This document shows, piece by piece, positions 9,012 through 18,197 of a stretch of 64,000 bases of DNA (positions are counted from its first letter, which is position 1; each line of letters starts with the position of its first letter). The stretch lies in IMG/VR virus record IMGVR_UViG_2563366840_000001. One strand, given 5' to 3'. The notes under the pieces are model-generated. The model was not told the origin of the DNA, made no database searches, and worked only from the letters and a program-made list of their open reading frames with translations. A program made the position numbers and the translations under genes. This DNA comes from a virus (taxonomy: Duplodnaviria > Heunggongvirae > Uroviricota > Caudoviricetes).

Positions 9012-10055
9012 TCATCTAACGCTCGACGAATGACTTGTGATAGCGCCGACTCCAAGCGCGTAATCAAAGAACAATCGTTGATGCATCGCCAGCCTACCGT
9101 GCGTCTTCTCCCAATTATCGCGGTCACGCTCAATATCACGCTGGCATGACTGGCACAGAGGAATAGCATAAATGTCATGCGCGCATAATCGACTATGACG
9201 AACGATATAAGGCGTAATGTGAGCGCCAGCTCCCGCAGCTCCACAGCCACAGCATGGACGGGAAGCCACAAAATCCATGTACTCGGGCAATTTTAGCGAT
9301 TGAAGTTTTGGTATTTTGAAATGCGCCATGCTAGGGTCGGAGTCAACATCCACAGGGCATACTTTTGCACGCATCGGCGCGGCGCGTTCTTCCATCATCT
9401 GAACATATGCTGTAGCGCGATCGTCATACGGGCGAATATCCGCCTCTTTCAGAGGTCCACTATCCTGCGGAGTAGCCTTCATCTTATTTATTGATATGCG
9501 GCAGACTTCTTCCGGCATCAGGTGCATCATGTTGCGCATGAAAGCCCACCAGCACAGCTCCTGAATACTTAAATCATGGCTATTTGAAAGGCCCATTTCC
9601 TGACGGGCGACATCCAGTATCCAGTTAACGCGATTATTGTGCAGCGTTTCTTTCAGCTCATTAAAACCACGCATCCGGTAATGGTTATCGTGATGCCAGC
9701 ACAACAACACCGCGCTATTGTCTCGTTCAGCGTGGACAATATGGTTGTCACACCAACTACGATCTGCGGCCTGGCATTGACCCTCTTTCCTACGCAACCA
9801 CGCAACCAGCGCGTCAATTCCACCAATACGGCGAAACAGTTCATCGCTGTTAAAAAACGGCTGCAACGCCTCATTTGTTGCCATGGTTTGCTCGGTAACA
9901 ACGAGGCCGTCTTCCATGTGCTCGATTAACTCACGCGGCACCGGCTCCATAATAAATTTACGGCCAGCCTCCACCAGCTTTCTGACCTCCTGATCCACTT
10001 TGAACGTGGCGAGGCCAAGCTCTTTCTGTACAAAGGGAGTAATTACGGCTTTCAC
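9012..10055 (-). CDS. pdcB: PdcB-like protein (347 aa), cysteine-rich
   Basis: Assigned by position and size between doc and lpa as in P1; function unknown. Confidence 0.55.
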   Translation of the reverse strand: MKAVITPFVQKELGLATFKVDQEVRKLVEAGRKFIMEPVPRELIEHMEDGLVVTEQTMATNEALQPFFNSDELFRRIGGIDALVAWLRRKEGQCQAADRSWCDNHIVHAERDNSAVLLCWHHDNHYRMRGFNELKETLHNNRVNWILDVARQEMGLSNSHDLSIQELCWWAFMRNMMHLMPEEVCRISINKMKATPQDSGPLKEADIRPYDDRATAYVQMMEERAAPMRAKVCPVDVDSDPSMAHFKIPKLQSLKLPEYMDFVASRPCCGCGAAGAGAHITPYIVRHSRLCAHDIYAIPLCQSCQRDIERDRDNWEKTHGRLAMHQRLFFDYALGVGAITSHSSSVR

Positions 10056-10082
10056 ATCACACCTTTAATCACTGATTGGGCT

Positions 10083-10283
10083 TTATCTGCTGCCCGGCAT
10101 TCTCTGTTTAAGCACAGCCATTTCCTGACGGCATAACACAGCAATAGCGGTCCTGGCACCAATTTGCCTACCAACCAGGTATTGCTTTACCTCGCGGCGA
10201 CTCACGCCATCAAGAAGCATCTTTAACGCTTCACGGGACAACTTGTTGTATTTACGTGCCATTAATCTACTCCGCAGAACCAT
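10083..10283 (-). CDS. pdcA: PdcA-like small basic protein (66 aa)
   Basis: Assigned by position only; overlaps doc 3' end by 17 nt. Confidence 0.35.
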
Positions 10284-10647
10284 ACAATCTACGTAACGTG
10301 TCGGCGACAGAAGATACAGATATCTCGCCAGTCGCAGCGCCTACGGTAAGGTCTGCCAGTTCAGGTGAATCAAATACCTGCACCCCGTTACGGCGTAGAA
10401 ATAGCAGCGCACTGTTTAGCGCGGTACGCTTATTGGCATCATTGAATATATGCCCTCTCGCTGTAGCCACCAGGTAGGTGGCGGAGACTTCGAAAAGGTC
10501 GGTGATCTCTTCGTAGGCAACTCTGGCCTGAACTCTCCCGATAATGGCCTCTGCCCTACCCGGATCTGACATTCCCGGCAGGCCGCCGTAGCGGCTTATA
10601 TTCGCATCATGAAGCGCAATAAGTTCTTCCGGTGATATATGCCTCAT
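10267..10647 (-). CDS. doc: Doc toxin (Fic-fold kinase, death on curing), 126 aa
   Basis: Translation [39 protein letters not shown]... recognised as P1 Doc. Confidence 0.9.
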
Positions 10648-10868
10648 TATCGGTTAACCAGTTCCTTGTTGGTGGAGTCCAGAGTGTCAAACAGGGATGC
10701 AAATTCAGCATCCAGCGCCGCTTTTTTGTAGGCTTCGAAAGTAGCCTTGCTGACAATTACTGCTGGCTCACGGCCTCTGCGGGTGATTTCAACCTCTTCC
10801 CCGGCTTCAACATTGTTGAGCACTTCAGAAAGGTTGCCGCGCGCGGTACGGAAGTTAATGGATTGCAT
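10647..10868 (-). CDS. phd: Phd antitoxin (73 aa)
   Basis: [41 protein letters not shown]...; true start is the second Met of ORF 10647..10874; stop overlaps doc start. Confidence 0.9.
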
Positions 10869-10940
10869 AAACACCTCGTGTACTCGTTATGTGTACACAA
10901 TTATAAACTTCACAGGCATAAAGCACCAGCACTTTGCAGC

Positions 10941-11330
10941 TTAAATCACCGGACAATCATCAAACTCCCCACTTCGGGCATCATTGATGACATGAGTGAT
11001 CACACCAAAAACAGCATTACTGCCCGTGCATCCATCGTCATCTACTGGTAACGCCTCTTTCTTCCCGGTGCTTAAATCCTCCAGGTGCTGGCGCGGATAC
11101 TTCCTGTATCTCTTTATGCGATATTCACCCTCCATAGCGCACACAAGCAGAGAACCATCAACCGGAGTAAGCGAGGAATCAACCACCAGCAAAGCACCCT
11201 GCAATATTCCCTCACGGTGATGGCTATCAGCTGCCCGCATGAAGTAGGTTGCTGATGGATGCCTGATTAGTTGCTGATCAAGAGAAATTCGGCTTTCAAC
11301 ATAATCCGCCGCAGGAGAAGGGAAGCCCAT
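10941..11330 (-). CDS. humD: HumD, UmuD-like SOS mutagenesis protein (129 aa)
   Basis: UmuD'-like sequence; LexA box 20 bp upstream. Confidence 0.85.
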   Translation of the reverse strand: MGFPSPAADYVESRISLDQQLIRHPSATYFMRAADSHHREGILQGALLVVDSSLTPVDGSLLVCAMEGEYRIKRYRKYPRQHLEDLSTGKKEALPVDDDGCTGSNAVFGVITHVINDARSGEFDDCPVI

Positions 11331-11349
11331 AGCGTTTCCACCTCAATAA

Positions 11350-11369
11350 TACTGTTCATTTATACAGTA
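11350..11369. promoter_or_regulatory. LexA (SOS) box TACTGTTCATTTATACAGTA
   Basis: CTGT-N8-ACAG palindrome read directly, between humD and the divergent plus-strand ORFs. Confidence 0.7.
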
Positions 11370-11681
11370 TACATTAAAGAGACACCTTTGGTGCAAACGC
11401 GTTACGTACATCAACCACCGCTGATGATTTTGTGCGCTTTGCTACTATTCATCACCAACGGATCAGCGTAACCTCGTTGCCAATCAGTTAATAAGGAATT
11501 AGCTATGCCTAATCGCATTCCTCTCGATCCTGTATTGCCCAAAAATTTTGACTGCACTCCTAACGAGAAACGCTTTAAAGCTCAGCTGGACGCCTAGTGG
11601 GACCATCCATATGGGGTTACACAACCTGACGGGAAAATTGTAGTTTATTGTCTGAATGGTGGGGCGTGGGACCGTCCATCC

Positions 11682-12089
11682 GTGCTTTGTTTGGCAGATA
11701 ACTATGATGAAGCCTGTGAACTTGCCGAAAGACAGCAGGCAAGCTGGGTAAAAACACGGTCTGAACCGACATTCATGTTTTCAAAAGAACCGCCATTTAT
11801 ACTGGCGAGGATGTCGCAGCGACCGGATCATCAACAAGAAATTGTTGCTGAATTTTCCTCAAGGGATGAGATGAATCTCTTCTCATTAAAGCAGGAAGAA
11901 AGGGATCGCGTCGAAGTGTCTCCAACTCTCGACCACAACCGGATGAACCTGGCCCAGCTCGCCTGGTACAGCAAAGAATTAGAGATGTCTATTGCCCGGC
12001 TTGAAAACGAAAAAGCCGCTATCCAAGTCCAGCACGAAGTAGTTCTGAACCGGATTAGAGAAATGCAAAACGATAACAGGGGATTTTGA
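11682..12089 (+). CDS. Hypothetical protein (135 aa; start may be further downstream)
   Basis: ORF track; divergent from humD; stop overlaps start of next ORF (TGAATGG). Confidence 0.4.
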   Translation: MLCLADNYDEACELAERQQASWVKTRSEPTFMFSKEPPFILARMSQRPDHQQEIVAEFSSRDEMNLFSLKQEERDRVEVSPTLDHNRMNLAQLAWYSKELEMSIARLENEKAAIQVQHEVVLNRIREMQNDNRGF

Positions 12090-12446
12090 ATGGCTAAAAT
12101 CGAGTACCATCGCGATCGCAGTAATTACCTGGAAATATACGATCATGAATCTCTTAACGATATCAACGATGCGTTATATGAATACTGTGAAAAAACGAGC
12201 ATCACAGATGCACCTGATGCATTTGTCGAGCTGCCGGTATATCTCCGCGACATCTATGCAATACGAACACCGCCCGTATCGGTGATTCACATTGGCTATG
12301 TCCGCCTGTCCATCGAAGAAGATGAAGATCGTTATATCGTGCGCCACTATACATTGGACAGAAAAGAACTTCCTAATGAATGGAACATGAGTAATTTCTA
12401 CAACGGTGAATATGGCTTAAAATCCGCTAATAATTTACGGTCATAA
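12090..12446 (+). CDS. Hypothetical protein (118 aa)
   Basis: ORF track; coupled to upstream ORF. Confidence 0.45.
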   Translation: MAKIEYHRDRSNYLEIYDHESLNDINDALYEYCEKTSITDAPDAFVELPVYLRDIYAIRTPPVSVIHIGYVRLSIEEDEDRYIVRHYTLDRKELPNEWNMSNFYNGEYGLKSANNLRS

Positions 12447-13308
12447 TCTATACAGGCATGTATAACAACAACGAGCCTATTAGCTGTCAACAACGTTATT
12501 TCCTCAAATAAGAAAAAGCAGAAAACAAATTGTTTAAGGTCACAAATTGTGGCCTTGATGGAGGAGGGAGGCTTATTGGCTATGGCTAAAAATCAAATTA
12601 GACACTTCATGTTGCTGTAGCTCATCAAGATCCGAGGCCACAAAACCTTTTCCGAAAAACTTCACAAGTAACTCACTAGCCGCATCATTGTCACCTATTA
12701 CACGAAAGTCATACGGCAACGTCGCAAGTTGACGATGTAATCCTGCTGAGAAAGTCGAATCTAACAGCGCCCAGAATTCCCACCGCAGGATAATACTCGC
12801 CTCTTAATACTGTATATATGTTGTTACGATATGTTTTTCTGTCTCTAAAAAAAGATGTTAATAGAATGCTAACCATTGAAGGGGATAAAAATATACAATT
12901 CCAACAAACGTTATTTTTAACAATTTTTTTCTTTGCGTTGACTTTCCCGGACACCTTGTCTGACCGAAGGTGCGCGAAAGCCACTTTTTCCTTCCTGAGT
13001 TATCCACAAAGTTATGCACTTGCAAGAGGGCCATTTTCTACATATTGTGGTGGCTAACAGATGAAATGAATGTAGATTAATTGAAGATAAGGAGAAAATT
13101 TGAGATGCAATCATGACGTTAATAGATAGGGTCTGCATTACAGACCCCACCCGCATCAAGGAATTAGCCGTTCCCTGATGTTTTTCCGAAAACATGTGCC
13201 GTAAGCTCACGTTAACGACTTTCATTCACCGAATCCAACTATATAGGGGTTGGGTTTCTACGTCAACGTGAGCAAGTGCACCTTTACATTTGACAAGGAA
13301 CCACCTGA

Positions 13309-13446
13309 ATGAACGCTTTTTTTCAGTTCCTGAGTGCATTTTTAGATGCGCCTATTATTAGCCAGATTCTGGCTATTATCCTCATCATCGTTTTGATTTT
13401 GCTTTTAAGGTCAGTAAAAAATGGAATTATGCACTGGCTTACTTAA
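13309..13446 (+). CDS. Small hydrophobic protein (45 aa), candidate membrane peptide
   Basis: MNAFFQFLSAFLDAPIISQILAIILIIVLILLLRSVKNGIMHWLT; AAGGA 9 nt upstream of ATG; too short for the ORF track. Confidence 0.3.
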   Translation: MNAFFQFLSAFLDAPIISQILAIILIIVLILLLRSVKNGIMHWLT

Positions 13447-13521
13447 TGTTTCAGTGAAACATTAAAATCTCCTTGATGTGGAAACAATCATTTTCTGTAT
13501 GTGCTGGTGGGCACCTGTAGT

Positions 13522-13884
13522 TCAGCTTTCGTTGGCATTTAACTTCGTCTTTGCTTTCTCCACCAGCAACTTCCAGATGCCTATTTCATTAGCAGCCGCC
13601 TTGATGGCGGCATAAAAAGCATCTTGCTGATCGTAACGCTGGATCTGTTTTTTCAGTTTTGCCTCCACCAATTTAATTTCATTACGTGCTTTCTGAAGCC
13701 GCATCACCGCCCGGTTACGTCTGTTCTTGTATAGCGTGTTAATCTCTGACAATTGCTTTAATTTACCAGCCTGACTGCGGATTATCGCCTCCCTGGCTTC
13801 TGCCGTGCGTCTCATCTTATCTCTTAAGAGTTCACCGTTTTCGATAATTCTTTCAAGGTGTTTGATGTGATCTGCAACTCTCAT
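13522..13884 (-). CDS. Hypothetical coiled-coil protein (120 aa)
   Basis: ORF track; last gene of a minus-strand gene string. Confidence 0.5.
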   Translation of the reverse strand: MRVADHIKHLERIIENGELLRDKMRRTAEAREAIIRSQAGKLKQLSEINTLYKNRRNRAVMRLQKARNEIKLVEAKLKKQIQRYDQQDAFYAAIKAAANEIGIWKLLVEKAKTKLNANES

Positions 13885-14762
13885 ACTTCACCCTCGCTTG
13901 TATCACCAGCGTCCACCAACGACAATAAAGCCCTAGCCATCTTATGAACCAACAGTGCATCAATAATGCCAAGCGTATGCCCCGGCTTAATGTTTAATGC
14001 TGCCTCAAGATGACACCTTTCCAGACCGCTTTTCTCGGCTTGTTTATGATGATATGGCGTAATAACGTCGCCCAAAACACGGCTAATTCTTTCTCGTAAT
14101 TGCTGGGTGCCAGCACACTTGATCGCTGTATCGTGGAGACGGTTAACCAGTTCGCGATAAACATGCGGCTTAATGCGGATACGTTCACCGGTGACGCCCT
14201 TTCCTGGCGCAGGCACCGAACTATCCGGAATATCCGGATAGTTGCCAGCCAGTCTACGCAAAACAGCCTTAATTGCATCAATACGGTCATCATCAACTTT
14301 TTCTACAATATTGGAATTTAAATACTTCGAAGCCTTGCTATGCCAATCGCTGGTTTTAGGGTCTTGTCCATCCATCAAACGCCAAGCTTCAGCGATTAAC
14401 TCATAGCCAGTAACAGTGGCTTCCTGCGCATCACCAATCAGTTGTGTGATCTCTCTTTCAAGCATGCTTAGAGCGTTAGGCATTGGTTTTTCTTCCGGTA
14501 CTACTGGAACGGGGGGAGCGGCGTAGACCTCAATAATTCCATTATCAATAGGCCATTCTCCATCCTTGAGGTAGTCACTTGTGCCGTCAACTTGCTGTTC
14601 TGCAATGTGGAATGCACCTATTGGTTTTGCGTCCAGCGATGCCAGAGCAATTCGTGCCAGTTCTTCCGCTTCTTCTGCTGGCAGTACAACGTTGCTACCA
14701 GGTCCGTATGTTTCGCGCCACTGCTTGATTGTCAGTAGTCGCTCTTTGGTAATAGTGGTCAT
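13881..14762 (-). CDS. Hypothetical protein (293 aa)
   Basis: ORF track; 4-nt overlaps with both neighbours. Confidence 0.55.
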   Translation of the reverse strand: MTTITKERLLTIKQWRETYGPGSNVVLPAEEAEELARIALASLDAKPIGAFHIAEQQVDGTSDYLKDGEWPIDNGIIEVYAAPPVPVVPEEKPMPNALSMLEREITQLIGDAQEATVTGYELIAEAWRLMDGQDPKTSDWHSKASKYLNSNIVEKVDDDRIDAIKAVLRRLAGNYPDIPDSSVPAPGKGVTGERIRIKPHVYRELVNRLHDTAIKCAGTQQLRERISRVLGDVITPYHHKQAEKSGLERCHLEAALNIKPGHTLGIIDALLVHKMARALLSLVDAGDTSEGEV

Positions 14763-15274
14763 GCCGCGTTTCCTTCTTTCTTATTAACAATTACACCGTC
14801 ATATATTTCATTAAGGTGCCCTCTCAACTCCATGCGCCTTAATGCAGATAACATGTAATCGCATTCAACCTGCTTATTTCCAGTAAATGGCTTATCGTCA
14901 GGATTACCCCAACAGCAATTACCCTTGGGCCACCCATGTACTTTCCGTACTCTTCCGTTAACAACGTGAAGTAATCCCCAGCCAGGTGGTAAATCCTCAA
15001 TTGAAATAATTCCCGGCTCACTAATAAAGAATCGCCAGTCGCCCATTCCAAGAGACGGATTTTTACGAAAACGCTTTTTTCTATCTGCCAACAAGTCAGC
15101 ACGAGAACACTTCGCCTCTATCAGGCATGATGCTGAATTTCTGAATCCCATAGCATCTGGCTGTTCTCCGGTACTGGTTACAGCTATAAAGCGGTCATGA
15201 AAACAAACCTTGAACCCGTTGCGCTTAAGGAACTTGTACGCAATCTGACAGAGTTCGCGGTGTGTTAACGCCAT
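14759..15274 (-). CDS. Hypothetical protein with PD-(D/E)xK-like motif (171 aa)
   Basis: EQPDAMGF ... CLIEAKCS resembles a restriction-endonuclease-fold catalytic core; weak. Confidence 0.45.
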   Translation of the reverse strand: MALTHRELCQIAYKFLKRNGFKVCFHDRFIAVTSTGEQPDAMGFRNSASCLIEAKCSRADLLADRKKRFRKNPSLGMGDWRFFISEPGIISIEDLPPGWGLLHVVNGRVRKVHGWPKGNCCWGNPDDKPFTGNKQVECDYMLSALRRMELRGHLNEIYDGVIVNKKEGNAA

Positions 15275-15275
15275 A

Positions 15276-15965
15276 TCACTCTCCTTTGATGCGAATGCCA
15301 GCGTCAGACATCATATGCAGATACTCAACTGCATCCTGAACCCATTGACCGCCAATCCCGTAATAGCGATGCGTAATGATGTCGATAGTTACTAACGCGT
15401 CTTGTTCGATTAACTTCCGCAGAAACTCTTCCAGGTCACCAGTGCAGTGCTTGATGACAGGAGTTTTCCCAGGATGGCGAACAACAAGAAACTGATTTCC
15501 GACTTCACGGACTTCGTTGCTTTCCAGTTCTGCTATGCGCTTACTTCCATCCGCGATTACTCCCTCGTAATATTCACGCTGCTCGTTGAGTTTTGATTTT
15601 GCTGTTTCAAGCTCAACGCGCAGCTTCCCTACCGTTAGCGCAATATCCTCGTTCTCCTGGTCGCGGCGTTTGATGTATTGCTGGTTTCTTTCCCGTTCAT
15701 CCAGTAGTGCCAGCACGGTAGCTGGACTGGCTGCTGCGATGAATTCAGCATTGGCCTGCTGTTCCATTTGGAAATCTTCATCGAAACCGCTTTCTGGATG
15801 CGCTCCTTCAATTCTGCAAATGGGAATATATCCAGCAACTTCACGATGAATTAGCGCATCATCACCATCAAATCGGCTCTCTCCATATTCGAGCGACCAT
15901 ACACCACACGTTGCTTTTTCTGCCTTTTCACGCAGTGCCTGATAGTCAATTTTCATACTCGCCAT
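15276..15965 (-). CDS. Hypothetical protein, N-terminus resembles ead/Ea22-like family (229 aa)
   Basis: N-terminal YQALREKAEKATCGVWSL plus central coiled coil; family call from memory, unverified. Confidence 0.45.
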   Translation of the reverse strand: MASMKIDYQALREKAEKATCGVWSLEYGESRFDGDDALIHREVAGYIPICRIEGAHPESGFDEDFQMEQQANAEFIAAASPATVLALLDERERNQQYIKRRDQENEDIALTVGKLRVELETAKSKLNEQREYYEGVIADGSKRIAELESNEVREVGNQFLVVRHPGKTPVIKHCTGDLEEFLRKLIEQDALVTIDIITHRYYGIGGQWVQDAVEYLHMMSDAGIRIKGE

Positions 15966-16597
15966 CCTTCACAGTTGTAATCACGACATCCTTCAAAATC
16001 ATATGGGCTGTACTGCCAGGTAATTTTTCCGCAATGCGGACAATTCCAGCGCACCTTACCGCTTCGCGACTTTTTTCTTCTGTTTTGTTTTTTCAACCAG
16101 TCAGGTATGACCAAACCTGCGCCCTGAACCATTGTTCTGCGGTTAAAATTATTGATATTGAACGTCCGGCGCTTTGCTACATCGGCAATGGAAAATGGCA
16201 ACCAAACTATTCCTGGCTCGTTTTTGTTAGCGACGCTAAAGATGGTTGCTTTACTGAAGTCATCTGTTGGCAATCCACCGTGTTGAAGCCAGTAAACATC
16301 GTTGCCGTTCCAGCTACCTTTTTTGTAGGCCACATACGCAGTGCAATCTGACTCAATCAGGCTTTCTGTGGGGATGTACTGGCAATCAACGTGCCACAGA
16401 GCCATTGCATCCACGCTATCAGCGCAAACAGGCTGATCGATATCTCGTCCACAATTCCAGGCTTTTTGGGCTTCTTCCAGCGTGTAAACATGAGCGCGAT
16501 CGATATCAGAACTGTAACCATTGCCGTTATGGCAATGGAATGAGGCGTTATTACCCACAGTTTCACGCAAGCACATCATGTAAAAGCGGTTATTCAC
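15953..16597 (-). CDS. Hypothetical protein with C-terminal zinc-ribbon (214 aa)
   Basis: CPHCGK...CEGW cysteine pattern. Confidence 0.45.
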   Translation of the reverse strand: MNNRFYMMCLRETVGNNASFHCHNGNGYSSDIDRAHVYTLEEAQKAWNCGRDIDQPVCADSVDAMALWHVDCQYIPTESLIESDCTAYVAYKKGSWNGNDVYWLQHGGLPTDDFSKATIFSVANKNEPGIVWLPFSIADVAKRRTFNINNFNRRTMVQGAGLVIPDWLKKQNRRKKSRSGKVRWNCPHCGKITWQYSPYDFEGCRDYNCEGWRV

Positions 16598-16874
16598 TGG
16601 TTGCCTCCGCTTCCCACGTTTTCAGACTTTCACCACAGAACGGGCAAAATGAAACTCGAATAGGCGATTTAGAAAATTCACCAGACCGCAGCATGATCAG
16701 GTCTTGTGAATGAATTAATTCATGGTTATAGATTTTGTATTTCAGCAGACCTTTTCGCGTCGTGTATTCAGCGTCATGCTCCAGGGATTGTGCCAACGCC
16801 GCGCACGGTTCTATCTTGTTGCCATTAATTTGGCATTTTGACTCACTCACTGGTTGCCCCCTGAATACGCTCAA
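16590..16874 (-). CDS. Hypothetical small zinc-ribbon protein (94 aa)
   Basis: C...C...CPFCG pattern. Confidence 0.4.
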   Translation of the reverse strand: MSVFRGQPVSESKCQINGNKIEPCAALAQSLEHDAEYTTRKGLLKYKIYNHELIHSQDLIMLRSGEFSKSPIRVSFCPFCGESLKTWEAEATSE

Positions 16875-17424
16875 ACTCTATTACCCACACCCAAGGATTA
16901 GCGTTCCAACTATCTTCGCCATAAATTGATTTCCATAGGCTAGGGAAACCTGGGTAATGCTTATCGCCAATGAGGGTCGATTCTGTTGGTGCGCCCTCAG
17001 CCCTTGCATCGCATTCGCTGATATCGTTCAACCGCTCAACGCGAACGTTGGTAATTTCCAGAAGAATGCGCGATGCCCAGCGCGGCATGTGAATTGATGG
17101 CGTCCACTTTTCTGATACTGGTTTATTACAAACCTCGACCGGAACCCGGTGCGTTTGTTCTGTCCAGGAGTTACGCACGCTTGCGCGATAAACCAGCGTT
17201 GCGACGTCCGTCGCTTTGCCATGTACCCGGTAGGTTTCGCGAACCCAAATACGATCGCCCGGTTGACCATATGGACAATGCTTGGCAAGCAACTCTGCGG
17301 CCACTGCCCGTCCATAGAATTTTTCTTCAACAATCCTGCGAGTCTGTGTTTTATTCCCGCCAAGAATTGCCCGGACCATCTCATCGTTAAAAATCATGCC
17401 GCGCTCTTTCACTTCGCCTTTCAT
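16843..17424 (-). CDS. Hypothetical protein with ASCH-like N-terminus (193 aa)
   Basis: MIFNDEMVRAILGGNKTQTRR resembles the ASCH-domain N-terminal motif; from memory. Confidence 0.45.
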   Translation of the reverse strand: MKGEVKERGMIFNDEMVRAILGGNKTQTRRIVEEKFYGRAVAAELLAKHCPYGQPGDRIWVRETYRVHGKATDVATLVYRASVRNSWTEQTHRVPVEVCNKPVSEKWTPSIHMPRWASRILLEITNVRVERLNDISECDARAEGAPTESTLIGDKHYPGFPSLWKSIYGEDSWNANPWVWVIEFERIQGATSE

Positions 17425-17602
17425 GCATCCCCCTTACCCATGAGCGACGATGCCGCCAAAAGTGATAGAGAACAGCCAGAAATAGATCGCGGCCATAATG
17501 ATTTTGAATGCCGTGTTCATATTTTCAGCTCCTGTGATTGATTGGATACATGCCGCGCCTTGCGGCATGTTTTTATTTTCACTTTCTCTGTTTTAAAAAT
17601 CA

Positions 17603-17619
17603 ATATTTATTAGAGCAAT
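17603..17619. promoter_or_regulatory. C1 operator at the 3' end of the HAD-like gene
   Basis: ATATTTATTAGAGCAAT, 16 of 17 consensus positions. Confidence 0.6.
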
Positions 17620-18125
17620 TATTGTTGATGAAGAAGCGCGTTTTCATACTCCCTGACCATTAACGTAAGCACGCCGTGCCTCCTGAAAACACGCGCCACT
17701 TCAATCTTATCTTCCAGCGCGAACGCGATTTTACTTAGACCAATTTTCTTAAGGAGATCAATCTTTGCTGGGCCGTCATTTCTGTCATCGGTGGCAGGAC
17801 GCATAGATAGCAAAGGCTCAGCCCCATTTGTTACGTGCTTACGCAACCAAGCTCGTGTTTTATCCCTGGCTATCTCACAGCGCCCGGTTACAAACCAGAG
17901 CGTGTAAATGCTGGACAACTGGCGCACCATATCAATAACTGGAGTGATGGGAGCATCAGTGTCACAGGCAAGGTTAAACTCGTTCCAGTGCTCTGTTAAT
18001 GCACCTTTGCCAGGTGGTGGAAGTAAATGCAGCCTGTCTTCCGTTGCCTCTGATATTGTTCCATCAATATCAACTATGACGATATACGGACGTTCCTGGT
18101 GTGCGTGTTTATTGAAAATACTCAA
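17619..18125 (-). CDS. HAD-superfamily hydrolase-like protein (168 aa)
   Basis: IVIVDIDGTIS matches HAD motif I (DxDGT). Confidence 0.5.
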   Translation of the reverse strand: MSIFNKHAHQERPYIVIVDIDGTISEATEDRLHLLPPPGKGALTEHWNEFNLACDTDAPITPVIDMVRQLSSIYTLWFVTGRCEIARDKTRAWLRKHVTNGAEPLLSMRPATDDRNDGPAKIDLLKKIGLSKIAFALEDKIEVARVFRRHGVLTLMVREYENALLHQQ

Positions 18126-18197
18126 ATGCCCTCCTCATTGGACGAAAAAAATGCTGGTGGGCGCACTCCACCAGCATTAAAAGTGACACTGTAACTG

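Noticed and set aside
12709-13225. ORFs 12709..12984, 12818..13057 and 12917..13225 in the AT-rich island
   Set aside because: Mutually overlapping, low-complexity translations without RBS; more likely chance ORFs in AT-rich DNA or decayed remnants.
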